Assembly (NCBI GenBank): GCA_038319665.1
Contig: JBBQDL010000009.1
Coordinates: 1,563-65,562, forward strand
DNA: 64,000 nt
Source: Candidatus Limnocylindrales bacterium
GTDB lineage: Bacteria > Chloroflexota > Limnocylindria > Limnocylindrales > CSP1-4
Direction: 5' to 3'
Shown: piece after piece, positions 37,037 through 46,753 of the stretch
Layout: each line of letters starts with the position of its first letter
Numbering within the stretch: position 1 is the first letter of the stretch
Notes under the pieces: generated by a model
The model's input: only the letters and a program-made list of their open reading frames with translations
Told to the model about the DNA's origin: nothing
Database searches by the model: none
Position numbers and translations under genes: made by a program

Positions 37037-38680
37037 CTGGGAACCCTGATCGACCTGCTCGACGACGCCGTTGCCGCGAATGGCGAAGCGACCGCCCTGA
37101 GCCTGCGCCTCGACGACGGATCGACGACGCGGTGGAGCTATCGCGAGCTCGGTCGGCGGTCGCGCATCGCCGCCTGGCGGCTGTCCGCGCTCGGCCTCGA
37201 ACGCGGCGACCGGCTCCTAACCTGGTCCCCGTCGACGCCCGACCTGCCGGCCGTCTATTTCGGAGCGATGCGCGCCGGGCTCATCCTGGTCCCGCTTGAT
37301 CTGCGCATGTCGCCCGACGCGGTCGAAGGCATCGTCGCGGCGTCCGGCGCCCGTCAGCTCGTCCTCGGCACCGGGCGAGATGCCCCCGACCCGCGCGAGG
37401 CCGGACTCGACACCTTCCCGACGACCGCGGTCGAGGCCCTCACCGCCGACCCGGACGCCTCCTTCCCGCCAGACTGGGAGGCGCAGATTGAGGCCTGGCC
37501 GGCCCCCTCCCCGAGCGACATCTTCGAGCTGGTATTCACCTCGGGGACGACCGGCACGCCCAAGGGCGTCATGCTCGCCCACGAGAACGTCATCGCCTCG
37601 ATCGAGTCGTTCCATCGCATCGTCCCGCGGATGGAGCACCGCCTGGTGTCGCTCCTTCCGCTCTCCCACCTCCTCGAGCAGTCGGTCGGGCTCTACTACG
37701 CGCTCTCGGTCGGCGCCGACATCCTGTACGTGCGCAGCCGGAACCCGCGCGTCATCTTCGATGCGCTGCGCGACCACCGGGTGACCTCGATGGTCGTCGT
37801 ACCGCAGATCCTCGACCTGTTCTGGAGCGCCATCGAACGCGAGGTCGGCAAGCGCGGCCGAGCGACCGCGTTCGCCCGGCTCCGCGCCGTCGCCCGGCGC
37901 CTGCCGATGCGCGCCCGGCCGTGGCTGTTCGGGGGTGTCCACAAGCAGCTCGGCGACCATTTCCGGCTCTTTCTGTCGGCCGGTGCCTTCCTCCCGCCCG
38001 CCCTCCAGCAGGGCTGGGAGGATCTCGGCGTCACGGTCCTCCAGGGCTACGGCGCGACCGAGACCGGGACGGGCAGCTGTACGCGCCTCGAGGACCACGG
38101 GCTCGGGACCGTCGGGCGGCCGCCGGAGGGCGTAGCGATGCGCATCGCCGACGACGGGGAGATCCAGTTCAAGGGCCCGACCGTCTTCCGCGGCTACTGG
38201 GACAACCCGACTGCGACGGCGGAGGCGTTCACCTCGGATGGCTGGTACCGCACGGGCGACATCGGCCACCTGGACGCGGCCGGGCGCCTGATCCTGTCCG
38301 GCCGGAAGAAGGACATCATCGTCCTGCCCAACGGCTTCAACGTCTACCCGGAGGACATCGAAAACGCGCTGCGGATCGCGGGCGTGCGCGACTCGGTCGT
38401 GCTCGAGACCCGGCCCGGACGGATCGAGGCGATCGTGCTCGGATCCGCGACCGCGCTGCCGGGCGGTGTCGGGGAGCGCCAGCCGACCGATGCGGCGACG
38501 ATCCGCCAGCGGATGGACGGGGCCGTCAAGGCCGCCAACGCCACCCTCGGGCCCAACCAGCGGATCGCCGGCTGGCGGCTCTGGCCCGAGGACGATTTCC
38601 CCCGGACCCACACGCTCAAGATCAAGCGCGCCCAGGTCCGGGCCTGGGTCGCCGCAGACACGCCACTCCCCGTCACCTAG
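37037..38680 (+). CDS. AMP-binding acyl-CoA synthetase/ligase (long-chain fatty-acid-CoA ligase-like); start codon unresolved
   Basis: AMP-binding motif FTSGTTGTPKGV, then ...GYGATETG..., ...YRTGDIG... and ...GRKKDIIV... There is no in-frame ATG/GTG/TTG between rpsU and the conserved N-terminus. CTG 37037 has GGAGG 6 nt upstream. An alternative is ATG 37008, one frame off. Confidence 0.8.
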   Translation: MGTLIDLLDDAVAANGEATALSLRLDDGSTTRWSYRELGRRSRIAAWRLSALGLERGDRLLTWSPSTPDLPAVYFGAMRAGLILVPLDLRMSPDAVEGIVAASGARQLVLGTGRDAPDPREAGLDTFPTTAVEALTADPDASFPPDWEAQIEAWPAPSPSDIFELVFTSGTTGTPKGVMLAHENVIASIESFHRIVPRMEHRLVSLLPLSHLLEQSVGLYYALSVGADILYVRSRNPRVIFDALRDHRVTSMVVVPQILDLFWSAIEREVGKRGRATAFARLRAVARRLPMRARPWLFGGVHKQLGDHFRLFLSAGAFLPPALQQGWEDLGVTVLQGYGATETGTGSCTRLEDHGLGTVGRPPEGVAMRIADDGEIQFKGPTVFRGYWDNPTATAEAFTSDGWYRTGDIGHLDAAGRLILSGRKKDIIVLPNGFNVYPEDIENALRIAGVRDSVVLETRPGRIEAIVLGSATALPGGVGERQPTDAATIRQRMDGAVKAANATLGPNQRIAGWRLWPEDDFPRTHTLKIKRAQVRAWVAADTPLPVT

Positions 38681-38716
38681 GGATGGCCCATGGCCGGGCG
38701 CCGAAGGCCGCCCTGA

Positions 38717-39268
38717 TCAGTTCGCGACCGGGAAGCCCACCCCGAGGCCCTCGAGCGCCGTCTGGATCCCGGCCGCCGACGGGTCCTGCGCGGCGGCGGG
38801 CAGCCAGTCGTACAGGACGACCGTCGACCCGACCTGGCGGATGAGCGTCACCGTGCCCTGCGGGGTCTGGACGCGCCCGGGTCCCGTGCCGAGGTAGGCC
38901 TGCTGCTCATGGGCCGCCGTGGTCGCCAGCCCGGGGTCGGTGAATTCGTATACGACGATGTAGCCCTTGTTCGAGTCCTTCGGGAGCACGACCTGGTAGA
39001 CGGCTCGTGGCGCCGGAGTCATCAGCGGTGACTCGGCCTTGCGGACAGGGGTCTGCGTGTCGGACAGGACGAGGCTCTGGGCCGCCAGGACGCGAACGAG
39101 CTCCGCGCGGGTCTCGTCGACCGCTGGCGAGACTGTCTTCGCCGGACCGACCGACTCGACTGGAAACGACCGCCCACTCGCGCCGACCGAGCCGCAGCCC
39201 GCGACCGCGAAGACCAGGACGCCAAGGAGGCACACCGCGCGGATCGGGCCCTCGACCCGGCCGGTCAT
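38717..39268 (-). CDS. hypothetical lipoprotein
   Basis: MTGRVEGPIRAVCLLGVLVFAVAGC lipobox. ATGA overlap with the HIT gene stop. Confidence 0.6.
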   Translation of the reverse strand: MTGRVEGPIRAVCLLGVLVFAVAGCGSVGASGRSFPVESVGPAKTVSPAVDETRAELVRVLAAQSLVLSDTQTPVRKAESPLMTPAPRAVYQVVLPKDSNKGYIVVYEFTDPGLATTAAHEQQAYLGTGPGRVQTPQGTVTLIRQVGSTVVLYDWLPAAAQDPSAAGIQTALEGLGVGFPVAN

Positions 39269-39639
39269 CCGGGCGGCCAATCGAACGGCCGCCCGCCCAT
39301 CAGGTGGACGTGCAGATGGTCGACCGTCTGGCCGCCCCAACGGCCCACGTTGGAGACGAGTCGGTAGCCGCCATCGGCGATCCCCTCGGTCCGCGCCAGC
39401 TGGGCGGCGACCGTGAAGAGCCGGCCGAGTAGCGGGCCGTCGGCCTCGGTCAGGTCCGCCGCGGACGCGATATGCGGCACCGGTACGAGCAGGATGTGGG
39501 TCGGGGCCCGGGGCGCGATGTCGCGGAAGGCGACGACGAGATCGTCGGCGTGGAGGTGCTCGGTCGGGATCGATCCGTTGACGATCCGGCAGAACAGGCA
39601 GTCATCGCGCGGCGAACGGTCGGCGGCCGGCGGGTTCAC
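39265..39639 (-). CDS. HIT family (histidine triad) protein
   Basis: CLFCRIV... and the histidine triad HLHVHLMGG. GTGA overlap with the upstream membrane protein gene. Confidence 0.85.
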   Translation of the reverse strand: MNPPAADRSPRDDCLFCRIVNGSIPTEHLHADDLVVAFRDIAPRAPTHILLVPVPHIASAADLTEADGPLLGRLFTVAAQLARTEGIADGGYRLVSNVGRWGGQTVDHLHVHLMGGRPFDWPPG

Positions 39640-40094
39640 CAGAGCACCGGCTTGGAGCTCATCAGGAACCCGATCGTGCCGACGAGGCCGGCCATCAGGT
39701 ACGAGACGTAGCGCTGGCGTTTCGCCCGGTGGAGCCAGGTCAAGTCGTCGGCCGCTGCACGGATCCCGATGAGCCGGCGCAGGTTTGGCCGCTGCACGAA
39801 AAAGGCGAGAGCGAGGTTGACGAAATAGATCGACAGGGCGACGAGCAGCCATGGTTGCCCGAGGAGCGAGGGCCCGATCGTCGCCACGAGCGCGAGCCCG
39901 GTCAGCGCCAGCCCGAGCCCGAGAACGAGCGTGCCGTGCGTCTGCGCCCACAGCAGCGAGCGGACGATGTCGTTCCCCGACTCGACGGTCGCCCGCCGTG
40001 TCCGAAGGGCAAAAGGCAGCAGGATGGATGGCAGGACGAGGCCCAGGGCGAGGGCGATGTGGGCGGCGAGCAGGATCGGGAAGTAGGTGGGCAT
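39636..40094 (-). CDS. small integral membrane protein (4 TM, DUF2269-like)
   Basis: MPTYFPILLAAHIALALGLVLPSILLPFAL... with four hydrophobic helices. The upstream part of the 373-aa track ORF is an R-rich artefact overlapping prmA. Confidence 0.6.
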   Translation of the reverse strand: MPTYFPILLAAHIALALGLVLPSILLPFALRTRRATVESGNDIVRSLLWAQTHGTLVLGLGLALTGLALVATIGPSLLGQPWLLVALSIYFVNLALAFFVQRPNLRRLIGIRAAADDLTWLHRAKRQRYVSYLMAGLVGTIGFLMSSKPVLW

Positions 40095-40147
40095 CCGCCG
40101 CCGATTGTAGGGCCGGGACGCGCCGAGGCCGGAAGCCGCGGTGCCGG

Positions 40148-41089
40148 TCAGCCCTGCCGGACCGCCTCGAGCGCGATCCAATCGCCCTCGTCGGTCCGGC
40201 CGGTGATCTGGAACCCGACGGACTCGAACGCGGTCGCGACCTCGCGTTCGCGGTCCACGAAGATCCCCGATGCGAGGAGCGAACCCCCCGGCCGGAGCTC
40301 TGCCCGCAACCCGGCTGCGAGCGGGACGAGGATGCCCGCGATCAGGTTCGCGAGCACGACGTCGAACGCGGGCTCGCCGCTCGGAAGCGTGCGCTCGCGC
40401 GCCTGCAGTCGCCGCGCCATCGCGTTCCGGCGCGCATTGGCATCCGTCGCCTGGATGGCGATGGGATCGGTGTCGAGGCCGATCGCGGCGGCCGCTCCGA
40501 GCTTGAGCGCGGCGATGGCCAGGATCCCCGACCCGCAGCCCACATCGAGGACCCGGGTACCGACCAGGACGCCGCGATCCGCGAGCGCCTCGACTGCGGC
40601 GAGACACAGGCGCGTCGTCGGATGCAGACCGGTCCCGAAGGCCATCCCCGGGTCGAGCGCGAGCACGACGTCGCCGGGTCTGGCCCGATGGCGGCGCCAA
40701 GTCGGGCGGATCACCAGGCGACGCCCGACGCGCATCACCGGGAAGTAGGCCTTCCACGCATCGGCCCAGTCGGACTCCTGGACGAGCCGCGTCCGGACCT
40801 CGCCGATGGGCCGAAGCCCGAACGCCTGGAGGTGCCCGAGCGCCTCGGCGACCTCGGCGGCGGCTCGGTCGGCGGCGGCTCGGTCGCGCGCCGGCACGTA
40901 CGCGCGAACGATCGCGGGCCGGGACGGGTCGAGCCGGGCATCCAGACCGTCGTCAACCAGTTCGAAGCCGGGCTCGACCGAGGTCCCGCCCGGCGCCGCC
41001 CGCCCGAGGATCTCGCTGACCGCCTCGACGGCTTCGACATCCGCCTCGACCGAGAGCTCCAGCCAGGCGCCCGGACCGGCCTCGGTCAC
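40148..41089 (-). CDS. prmA: ribosomal protein L11 methyltransferase
   Basis: ...GMAFGTGLHPTTRLCL... and VLDVGCGSGILAIAA. Confidence 0.9.
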   Translation of the reverse strand: MTEAGPGAWLELSVEADVEAVEAVSEILGRAAPGGTSVEPGFELVDDGLDARLDPSRPAIVRAYVPARDRAAADRAAAEVAEALGHLQAFGLRPIGEVRTRLVQESDWADAWKAYFPVMRVGRRLVIRPTWRRHRARPGDVVLALDPGMAFGTGLHPTTRLCLAAVEALADRGVLVGTRVLDVGCGSGILAIAALKLGAAAAIGLDTDPIAIQATDANARRNAMARRLQARERTLPSGEPAFDVVLANLIAGILVPLAAGLRAELRPGGSLLASGIFVDREREVATAFESVGFQITGRTDEGDWIALEAVRQG

Positions 41090-42204
41090 TACAGCCCGAG
41101 CTTCTCGAGCAGACCGCCGCTGCCATGCGCGACCGGTTCACCGGCCTCCTCGGCGTACGCCGCCAGGAGCTCGCGAGCCTTCTTCGAGAGCTTGGTCGGG
41201 ACCGTGATATCGACCATCACGTGGAGGTCGCCGCGCTGACCCGTCCGGCGGAGGTGCGGCACGCCTTTGCCGCGGAGCCGGATCTCGGTGTTCGGCTGCG
41301 TGCCGGGCTTGATCTCGACCTCCTCGGTGCCCTCCACCGTCGGGACCGTGATGCGAGTCCCGAGCGCCGCCTGTGCGATCGAGACCGGGGCGTCGTAGTA
41401 GAGCTCGGTCCCCTCTCGCGTCAGGGCTGGGTGGGGCTGGACATGGACGGCGACATACAGGCTGCCCGGCTGGCCGCCGCGCGGTCCCACCTCGCCCTCG
41501 TTCGAGAGGCGGATCTGATGGCCCTCGTCGATCCCGGCGGGGATGCTGACGCGCAACGTGCGCACCCGTTCCGTCCGGCCATCGCCCTTGCACGTCTCGC
41601 ACGCGGTCTCGACGATCTTGCCCTCACCCGCGCAGCGCGGACACGCGCTGACGTTGACCATCTGGCCGAGCATCGTCTGGCGGACCGATCGGACCTCGCC
41701 GCGGCCATTGCACTGCGGGCACGTGATCGGCTCGGTGCCCGGCTTCGCGCCGTTGCCGCCGCACGTCTCGCAGCGCTGGAGGACGCGGAACTCGATCTCC
41801 TTCTCGGTGCCCTTGACCGCTTCCTCGAAGGTGATCCGGAGGTCGTAGCGAAGGTCCGCGCCGGGCTGTGGCCGCCCGCGCCGCGCCGAGGCTGCACCCG
41901 CGCCACCGCCGAAGAACGCGTCGAAGATGTCCGAGAAGCCACCGAATCCCTCGAAGCCCGCGCCCTGCGGCCCGCCGTCGACGCCCGACCGACCGAAGGT
42001 GTCGTAGCGCGACCGTCGGTCCGGGTCGGAAAGGACCTGGTAGGCCTCGTTGATCTCCTTGAACCGCTCCTGGGCGGCCGGGTCGGTGTTCACGTCCGGG
42101 TGCCACTGCTGGGCCAGCTTGCGGAAGGCGCGCTTGATCTCCGCGTCGGTGGCGCCGCGCTCGACGCCGAGGATCAGGTAGAAGTCGCGTTCGGTGGTGG
42201 CCAC
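41089..42204 (-). CDS. dnaJ: molecular chaperone DnaJ
   Basis: J-domain with HPD (QWHPDVN), a G/F region, and four CxxCxGxG zinc motifs. Confidence 0.95.
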   Translation of the reverse strand: MATTERDFYLILGVERGATDAEIKRAFRKLAQQWHPDVNTDPAAQERFKEINEAYQVLSDPDRRSRYDTFGRSGVDGGPQGAGFEGFGGFSDIFDAFFGGGAGAASARRGRPQPGADLRYDLRITFEEAVKGTEKEIEFRVLQRCETCGGNGAKPGTEPITCPQCNGRGEVRSVRQTMLGQMVNVSACPRCAGEGKIVETACETCKGDGRTERVRTLRVSIPAGIDEGHQIRLSNEGEVGPRGGQPGSLYVAVHVQPHPALTREGTELYYDAPVSIAQAALGTRITVPTVEGTEEVEIKPGTQPNTEIRLRGKGVPHLRRTGQRGDLHVMVDITVPTKLSKKARELLAAYAEEAGEPVAHGSGGLLEKLGL

Positions 42205-42391
42205 GGACAGGAAGGATACGGGAGGGCGTCACTCGGGGCAGGTCATCCATCCGAAAGTCCCGGATCGCGGGGCCTCGCCGACGTGAGAGGATACGCGGGC
42301 GAGCGGCTGCTCCTCCGGCCACCGTTCCCGCGACCGTGCGGACCCACCACCAACCCGGGTCCCTCCCAGGCGCGAGCGCTCATGACACCAC

Positions 42392-43468
42392 GTGTCCCGT
42401 GGATCGAGGTCCGATCGCATGGTATCGACGGCACGGCGCTGGTCCCTCGGACGAGGCCGCGTCGGGCGCCGCCTGCTCGTCGGCGTCGCCATCGCCGCCG
42501 TCTCGATCGGGTGCGTCGCGGACACCTGGTCGGCCGCCGCGGTCGCCCCGATACCCGATCCGTATGTTGCCGCGCCGGTCTCGGCGGTGGTGCCAGGCGC
42601 ATCGGTCGCACCGAGCGGTCCATCGGCGCCGATCGGAGGCTGGTTGCACCGACGACCCCCGCCCGGCCCTTCGGGTCCCCCATCAAACACCCACGTCACC
42701 GTGCCGATCCTCTACTACCACAGGGTCCAGGCACCCCCCAGCGACTTCCCGAAGTGGTCGGCCGCTCACAAGAAGCAGTTCATGACCTATGACGTCATCC
42801 CGGCGGCGTTCGCGGCCCAGCTCGACTGGCTGGTAGGGCACGGCTACACGACGATCCTGCCGCGCGACCTGACAGCCTTTTGGGACCGCGGCATCCCGTT
42901 GCCGGAGCGGCCGGTGATCATCACCTTCGACGACGGGTCGCATGATTGGATGACGACCGTCCTGCCCATGCTCCAGGCTCGCGGGATGGTGGCTGAGTTC
43001 TACCTCACCCTCGACGCCATCAAGCACGGCAACCTGACCTGGTCGCAGGTCCGTCGCCTGATCGACGCCGGCAACGGCGTCGGTGCCCATGACGTCCATC
43101 ACGTCCAGCTGGCCGCCCTCCACAACGGTCACCCCGACGCCTCGCGGGCGACGATGGCGGCCGAGGTCGGCGGGGCCCGCCAGACGATCGGCCAGCACAC
43201 GGGGGTCTATCCCGATTCGATGGCGTACGTGGGCGGCGGCTTCGGCGCCGCCCTGGTCCAGGCGGTCCGCGATGCCGGGTACGCATCCGCCCGCAGCATC
43301 CAGCGCGGCATCGCCACCGACCCGCCCGAGCGGTACAGGCTGCCGGTCGTCCGGATCGGCGTCCACGACGACGTCGTCGACGCGCTCCACGGCGTCGTCA
43401 CCCCGGGGCTGCCCACCTTCGAGAAGCGGATGCGGGGCGTCTCGGACAAGGCGCCGAAGTCCGACTAG
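42392..43468 (+). CDS. polysaccharide deacetylase (NodB homology) family protein, secreted
   Basis: N-terminal hydrophobic signal. ...PVIITFDDGSHDW... and ...VGAHDVHH... are NodB motifs. Start could be ATG 42419. Confidence 0.8.
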   Translation: MSRGSRSDRMVSTARRWSLGRGRVGRRLLVGVAIAAVSIGCVADTWSAAAVAPIPDPYVAAPVSAVVPGASVAPSGPSAPIGGWLHRRPPPGPSGPPSNTHVTVPILYYHRVQAPPSDFPKWSAAHKKQFMTYDVIPAAFAAQLDWLVGHGYTTILPRDLTAFWDRGIPLPERPVIITFDDGSHDWMTTVLPMLQARGMVAEFYLTLDAIKHGNLTWSQVRRLIDAGNGVGAHDVHHVQLAALHNGHPDASRATMAAEVGGARQTIGQHTGVYPDSMAYVGGGFGAALVQAVRDAGYASARSIQRGIATDPPERYRLPVVRIGVHDDVVDALHGVVTPGLPTFEKRMRGVSDKAPKSD

Positions 43469-44169
43469 TCGTCGGCGGCTCCGGCGTCGGCTGCGATCGC
43501 CCGTGCCCGTGCGACGACATCGCGCAACATCGAGGCGGTCAGCCGGCCGGTGAAGGTGTTCTGCTGGCTTGGGTGATACGTACCCAGCAGCCGGTACGGT
43601 CCGACCTGGACCTCGGCGCCATGACTGAAGCGCGGTCTCGGCCGGACCTCGAACCCTGGCCTGGCGAACGCATCGAGTGCCGCGCCCCAGCCGAACGCGC
43701 CAAGGGCGATGACGACCTTGACCTCGGTCAGCGCCGCGATCTCGCGGACGAGATACGGGGCGCACGCATCGCGTTCCTCGGTCGTCGGCTTGTTGGCCGG
43801 CGGGGCGCAGCGGACGGCTGCCGTGATGTAGGCGTCGGTCAGGGTCAGGCCGTCATCGGCGGTGCGCGAGACGGGCCGGTCGGCCAGACCCTCGGCGTGC
43901 AGCGCCGCGAACAGGAAGTCGCCCGAGGCGTCGCCGGTGAAGACGCGGCCGGTCCGGTTGCCGCCGTGCGCCGCCGGGGCGAGCCCCACGAACAGGATCC
44001 GCGCGTCCGGATCGCCGAAGCCCGGGACGGGTCGGCCCCAGTACGGCTCCTCGCGGAAACGGCGCACCTTCTCGCGGGCGACCCGTTCGCGCCAATCCAC
44101 GAGCCGCGGACACCGCCGGCATCCCACGATCTCGGCCGTCAGCGCCTCGAGGGCCGCCCGATCCCCCAC
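43465..44169 (-). CDS. uracil-DNA glycosylase, family 4/5 (Fe-S type)
   Basis: CRRCPRL, then ILFVGLAPAAHGGNRTGRVFTGD and ...HPSQQN. GTG 44169 is the first start codon below the upstream stop. Confidence 0.8.
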   Translation of the reverse strand: MGDRAALEALTAEIVGCRRCPRLVDWRERVAREKVRRFREEPYWGRPVPGFGDPDARILFVGLAPAAHGGNRTGRVFTGDASGDFLFAALHAEGLADRPVSRTADDGLTLTDAYITAAVRCAPPANKPTTEERDACAPYLVREIAALTEVKVVIALGAFGWGAALDAFARPGFEVRPRPRFSHGAEVQVGPYRLLGTYHPSQQNTFTGRLTASMLRDVVARARAIAADAGAADD

Positions 44170-44180
44170 CGCCGTCGGGC

Positions 44181-44981
44181 CTACTTGAGCAGGAGCTGGT
44201 CGAGCCGGCGCGACGTCACGGCGAGACCGACGATCCCCATCACCGACAGGTAGGCGACGTGCACGAGCAGGACCGGGGAGAGCGCCCCTACCGTGAGCGA
44301 GCGGATGAGGTCGACGCCCTGGTAGAGCGGCGTGAGCTGGACGAAGACCCGAAATGCCTCGGGATACTTGTCGATCGGGTAGAACGTGCCCGAGAACAGG
44401 AACATGGGCAAGACGACGAGCTGGATGAGGTCGAAGTCCTGCCACGTCTTCATGAACGAGGTCGCGGCCATCCCGACCGCCCCGAAGGCGAAGCCGACGA
44501 GGAGCGCGGCCGGGACCGCGAGGATCGCCCACGGCGACACGAACAGGCCGAGGACGAGGATCACCCCCATGAACCCGATGGCGTACAGCCCGCCGCGGAT
44601 GAGCGCCCAACCGAGCTCCCCGAGCGCGATGTCGCCGGGCGAGAGCGGTGTCGACAGGATCGACGTGAACGTCTTGTTGTAGTTGAGCTTGAAGAAGAAG
44701 TTGAAGGTGCTCTCGGTGATCGCGCCGTTCATCGCCGCGCTGGCCAGCAGGGCCGGCGCCACGAACGTCTGATAGCCGATCGGCTGCCCGCCCGGCCCCG
44801 GGATCGTCCCGATCAGCGCGCCGAGCCCGAACCCGATCCCCAGCAGGTAGAAGAGCGGCTCGAAGAAGCCCGACAGCAGGATCATCCAGCCGTGCTTGTA
44901 GACGTAGAGGTTGCGCTCGATCAGGCGTAGCGACCGCCGGCTGCCGATCGCGAAGGCGGGGACCACTCGGAGCGCGGTCAT
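44181..44981 (-). CDS. ABC-2 type transporter permease
   Basis: 266 aa with six TM helices, ABC-2 (NodJ/DrrB-like) topology. ATGA overlap with the upstream paralogue. Confidence 0.8.
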   Translation of the reverse strand: MTALRVVPAFAIGSRRSLRLIERNLYVYKHGWMILLSGFFEPLFYLLGIGFGLGALIGTIPGPGGQPIGYQTFVAPALLASAAMNGAITESTFNFFFKLNYNKTFTSILSTPLSPGDIALGELGWALIRGGLYAIGFMGVILVLGLFVSPWAILAVPAALLVGFAFGAVGMAATSFMKTWQDFDLIQLVVLPMFLFSGTFYPIDKYPEAFRVFVQLTPLYQGVDLIRSLTVGALSPVLLVHVAYLSVMGIVGLAVTSRRLDQLLLK

Positions 44982-45772
44982 CCGCGGATCAACCGGCTGC
45001 GGATGTTCCGGACCATCAGCCAGGCACCGACCCCGGTAAGGATCACCAGGTAGACGACGTGGACGACGGCGGCAGCCGGGTCGTCGACGATCGTGCCCAG
45101 CGACAGGCCGCGCGTCAGGGCGACACCGTGATAGAGCGGCGTCAGCCAGGCCAGGGCCCGGAGCGCACTCGGCAGTGAGCTGATCGGGAAGAACGTGCCG
45201 GAGAAGAGGAAGAGTGGCGTGATCCCGAAGCGGAAGATCGCGGCGAACTTGTTCGGATTCTTCTGGGTCGCCGAGAACGCCGCGAGCGGGGCCGCGAAGG
45301 CCAGCCCGGTCAGGACTGCGGCCGGGATCGCGAGCACGATCAGTGGCGACTGCGCCGCCCCGAATACGACGATCACGAAGGTGAAGATCGTCGAGATGAG
45401 GGTCAGCCGGGCAGCCATCCAGGCGAGGTTGCCCAGGGCGATGTCGCGCGGCGAGATCGGCGTCGCGTGCATGGCGTGGAAGATCTTGTTCCAGACCAGG
45501 CCGGCCATGATCGGAAAGGTCGCCTCGAACGACCCCGTCTGCATCGCCGTTGCGGCGAGCAGGCCGGGCGCCAGGAAGACGAGGTACGGCACGCCGCCCA
45601 GGGAAGCGCTGTTCGACACGTAGCCGCCCAACCCCAGGCCCATCGCGCTCAGGAACATCACCGGCGAGATGAACGAGCTGAAGATCGAGGCGCGGAAGGT
45701 CCGCCGGTATTGAAGTAGGCGGTGCTCGAAGACGCGACTGATGGTCGATGTCGGGCGAGCGAATGCGGCCAT
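44978..45772 (-). CDS. ABC-2 type transporter permease (paralogue)
   Basis: 264 aa. Similar length and hydropathy pattern to 44181..44981. Confidence 0.8.
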   Translation of the reverse strand: MAAFARPTSTISRVFEHRLLQYRRTFRASIFSSFISPVMFLSAMGLGLGGYVSNSASLGGVPYLVFLAPGLLAATAMQTGSFEATFPIMAGLVWNKIFHAMHATPISPRDIALGNLAWMAARLTLISTIFTFVIVVFGAAQSPLIVLAIPAAVLTGLAFAAPLAAFSATQKNPNKFAAIFRFGITPLFLFSGTFFPISSLPSALRALAWLTPLYHGVALTRGLSLGTIVDDPAAAVVHVVYLVILTGVGAWLMVRNIRSRLIRG

Positions 45773-45781
45773 CGACGCCGC

Positions 45782-46720
45782 CTACTCGATCAGCGAGCGG
45801 CCGGTCAGGCGCAGGAAGACGTCTTCGAGCGACGAGCGGCGGACGAGGACGGTCTCGGGCTTGAGGCCGCGCTGATGGACGGCGACCGCGGCCGCCTCGC
45901 CATCGTCGGCGTAGAGCAGGACCCGGTCGGGCAGGTGCTCGACCCGCTCGGCGATGCCGTCGAGCTGGCCGTCCAGGGTTTCGGCGATGCCGGGTGCGAA
46001 GCGCAGTTCGGTCACCTCGCGCGTCGAATAGCGCTCGATGAGCTCGCGCGGGCTTCCCTCCGCCACGATCTTCGCCTTGTCCATGACCACGAGCCGGTCG
46101 CACAGCTGCTCCGCCTCGTCCATGTAGTGGGTCGTCAGTACGAGGGTGACGCCCTGCTGCTTGAGCCGGTAGAGCCGGTCCCAGAGAAGGTGTCGCGCCT
46201 GCGGATCGAGGCCCGTCGTCGGCTCGTCGAGGAGCAGCACGGTGGGCTCGTTGATGAGCGAGCGGGCGATGGTGAGCCGCCGTTTCATCCCGCCCGAGAG
46301 CGGCTCGACCTGGTCGTCGGCGCGTTCGGTCAGCTGCGCGAACTCGAGCAGCTCATCGGCGCGGCGACCCACCTCAGCCCGGCTCAGCCCGAAGTAGCGC
46401 CCGTAGAGGGTCAGGTTCTCGCGGACGGTCAGCTCGAGGTCGAGCGTGTCGGTCTGGGGCGCGACGCCCAGGTTGGCGCGGATCTGCGGACCCCGGGTCG
46501 CGGGGTCCATCCCCATCACCTCGAGCGTGCCGCCGCTGATCGGCGAGACGCAGCCGATCATCCGCATCGTCGAGGTCTTGCCGGCGCCATTGGGCCCGAG
46601 GAACCCGAACGATTCGCCGCGCGCCACGTCGAAGTCGATGGCGTCGACGGCCACGAAGTCGGCGAACCGCTTGGTCAGTCCGCGGGCATGGATGAGCGAG
46701 GGCGTGGGAGTCTCCGGCAT
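45782..46720 (-). CDS. ABC transporter ATP-binding protein (DrrA/NodI-like)
   Basis: Walker A GPNGAGKTS, signature LSGGMKRR, Walker B LLLDEPTTGLD. Confidence 0.9.
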   Translation of the reverse strand: MPETPTPSLIHARGLTKRFADFVAVDAIDFDVARGESFGFLGPNGAGKTSTMRMIGCVSPISGGTLEVMGMDPATRGPQIRANLGVAPQTDTLDLELTVRENLTLYGRYFGLSRAEVGRRADELLEFAQLTERADDQVEPLSGGMKRRLTIARSLINEPTVLLLDEPTTGLDPQARHLLWDRLYRLKQQGVTLVLTTHYMDEAEQLCDRLVVMDKAKIVAEGSPRELIERYSTREVTELRFAPGIAETLDGQLDGIAERVEHLPDRVLLYADDGEAAAVAVHQRGLKPETVLVRRSSLEDVFLRLTGRSLIE

Positions 46721-46753
46721 GAGCCCCGAATCCTACACGACCGGCGCCCCGGC

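Noticed and set aside
38681-38716. Hairpins (GGCC-cat-GGCC; GGGCG..CGCCC) between the convergent ligase and lipoprotein genes as a bidirectional terminator.
   Set aside because: The stems are only 4-5 bp, have mismatches, and lack a flanking T or A tract. Too weak to call.
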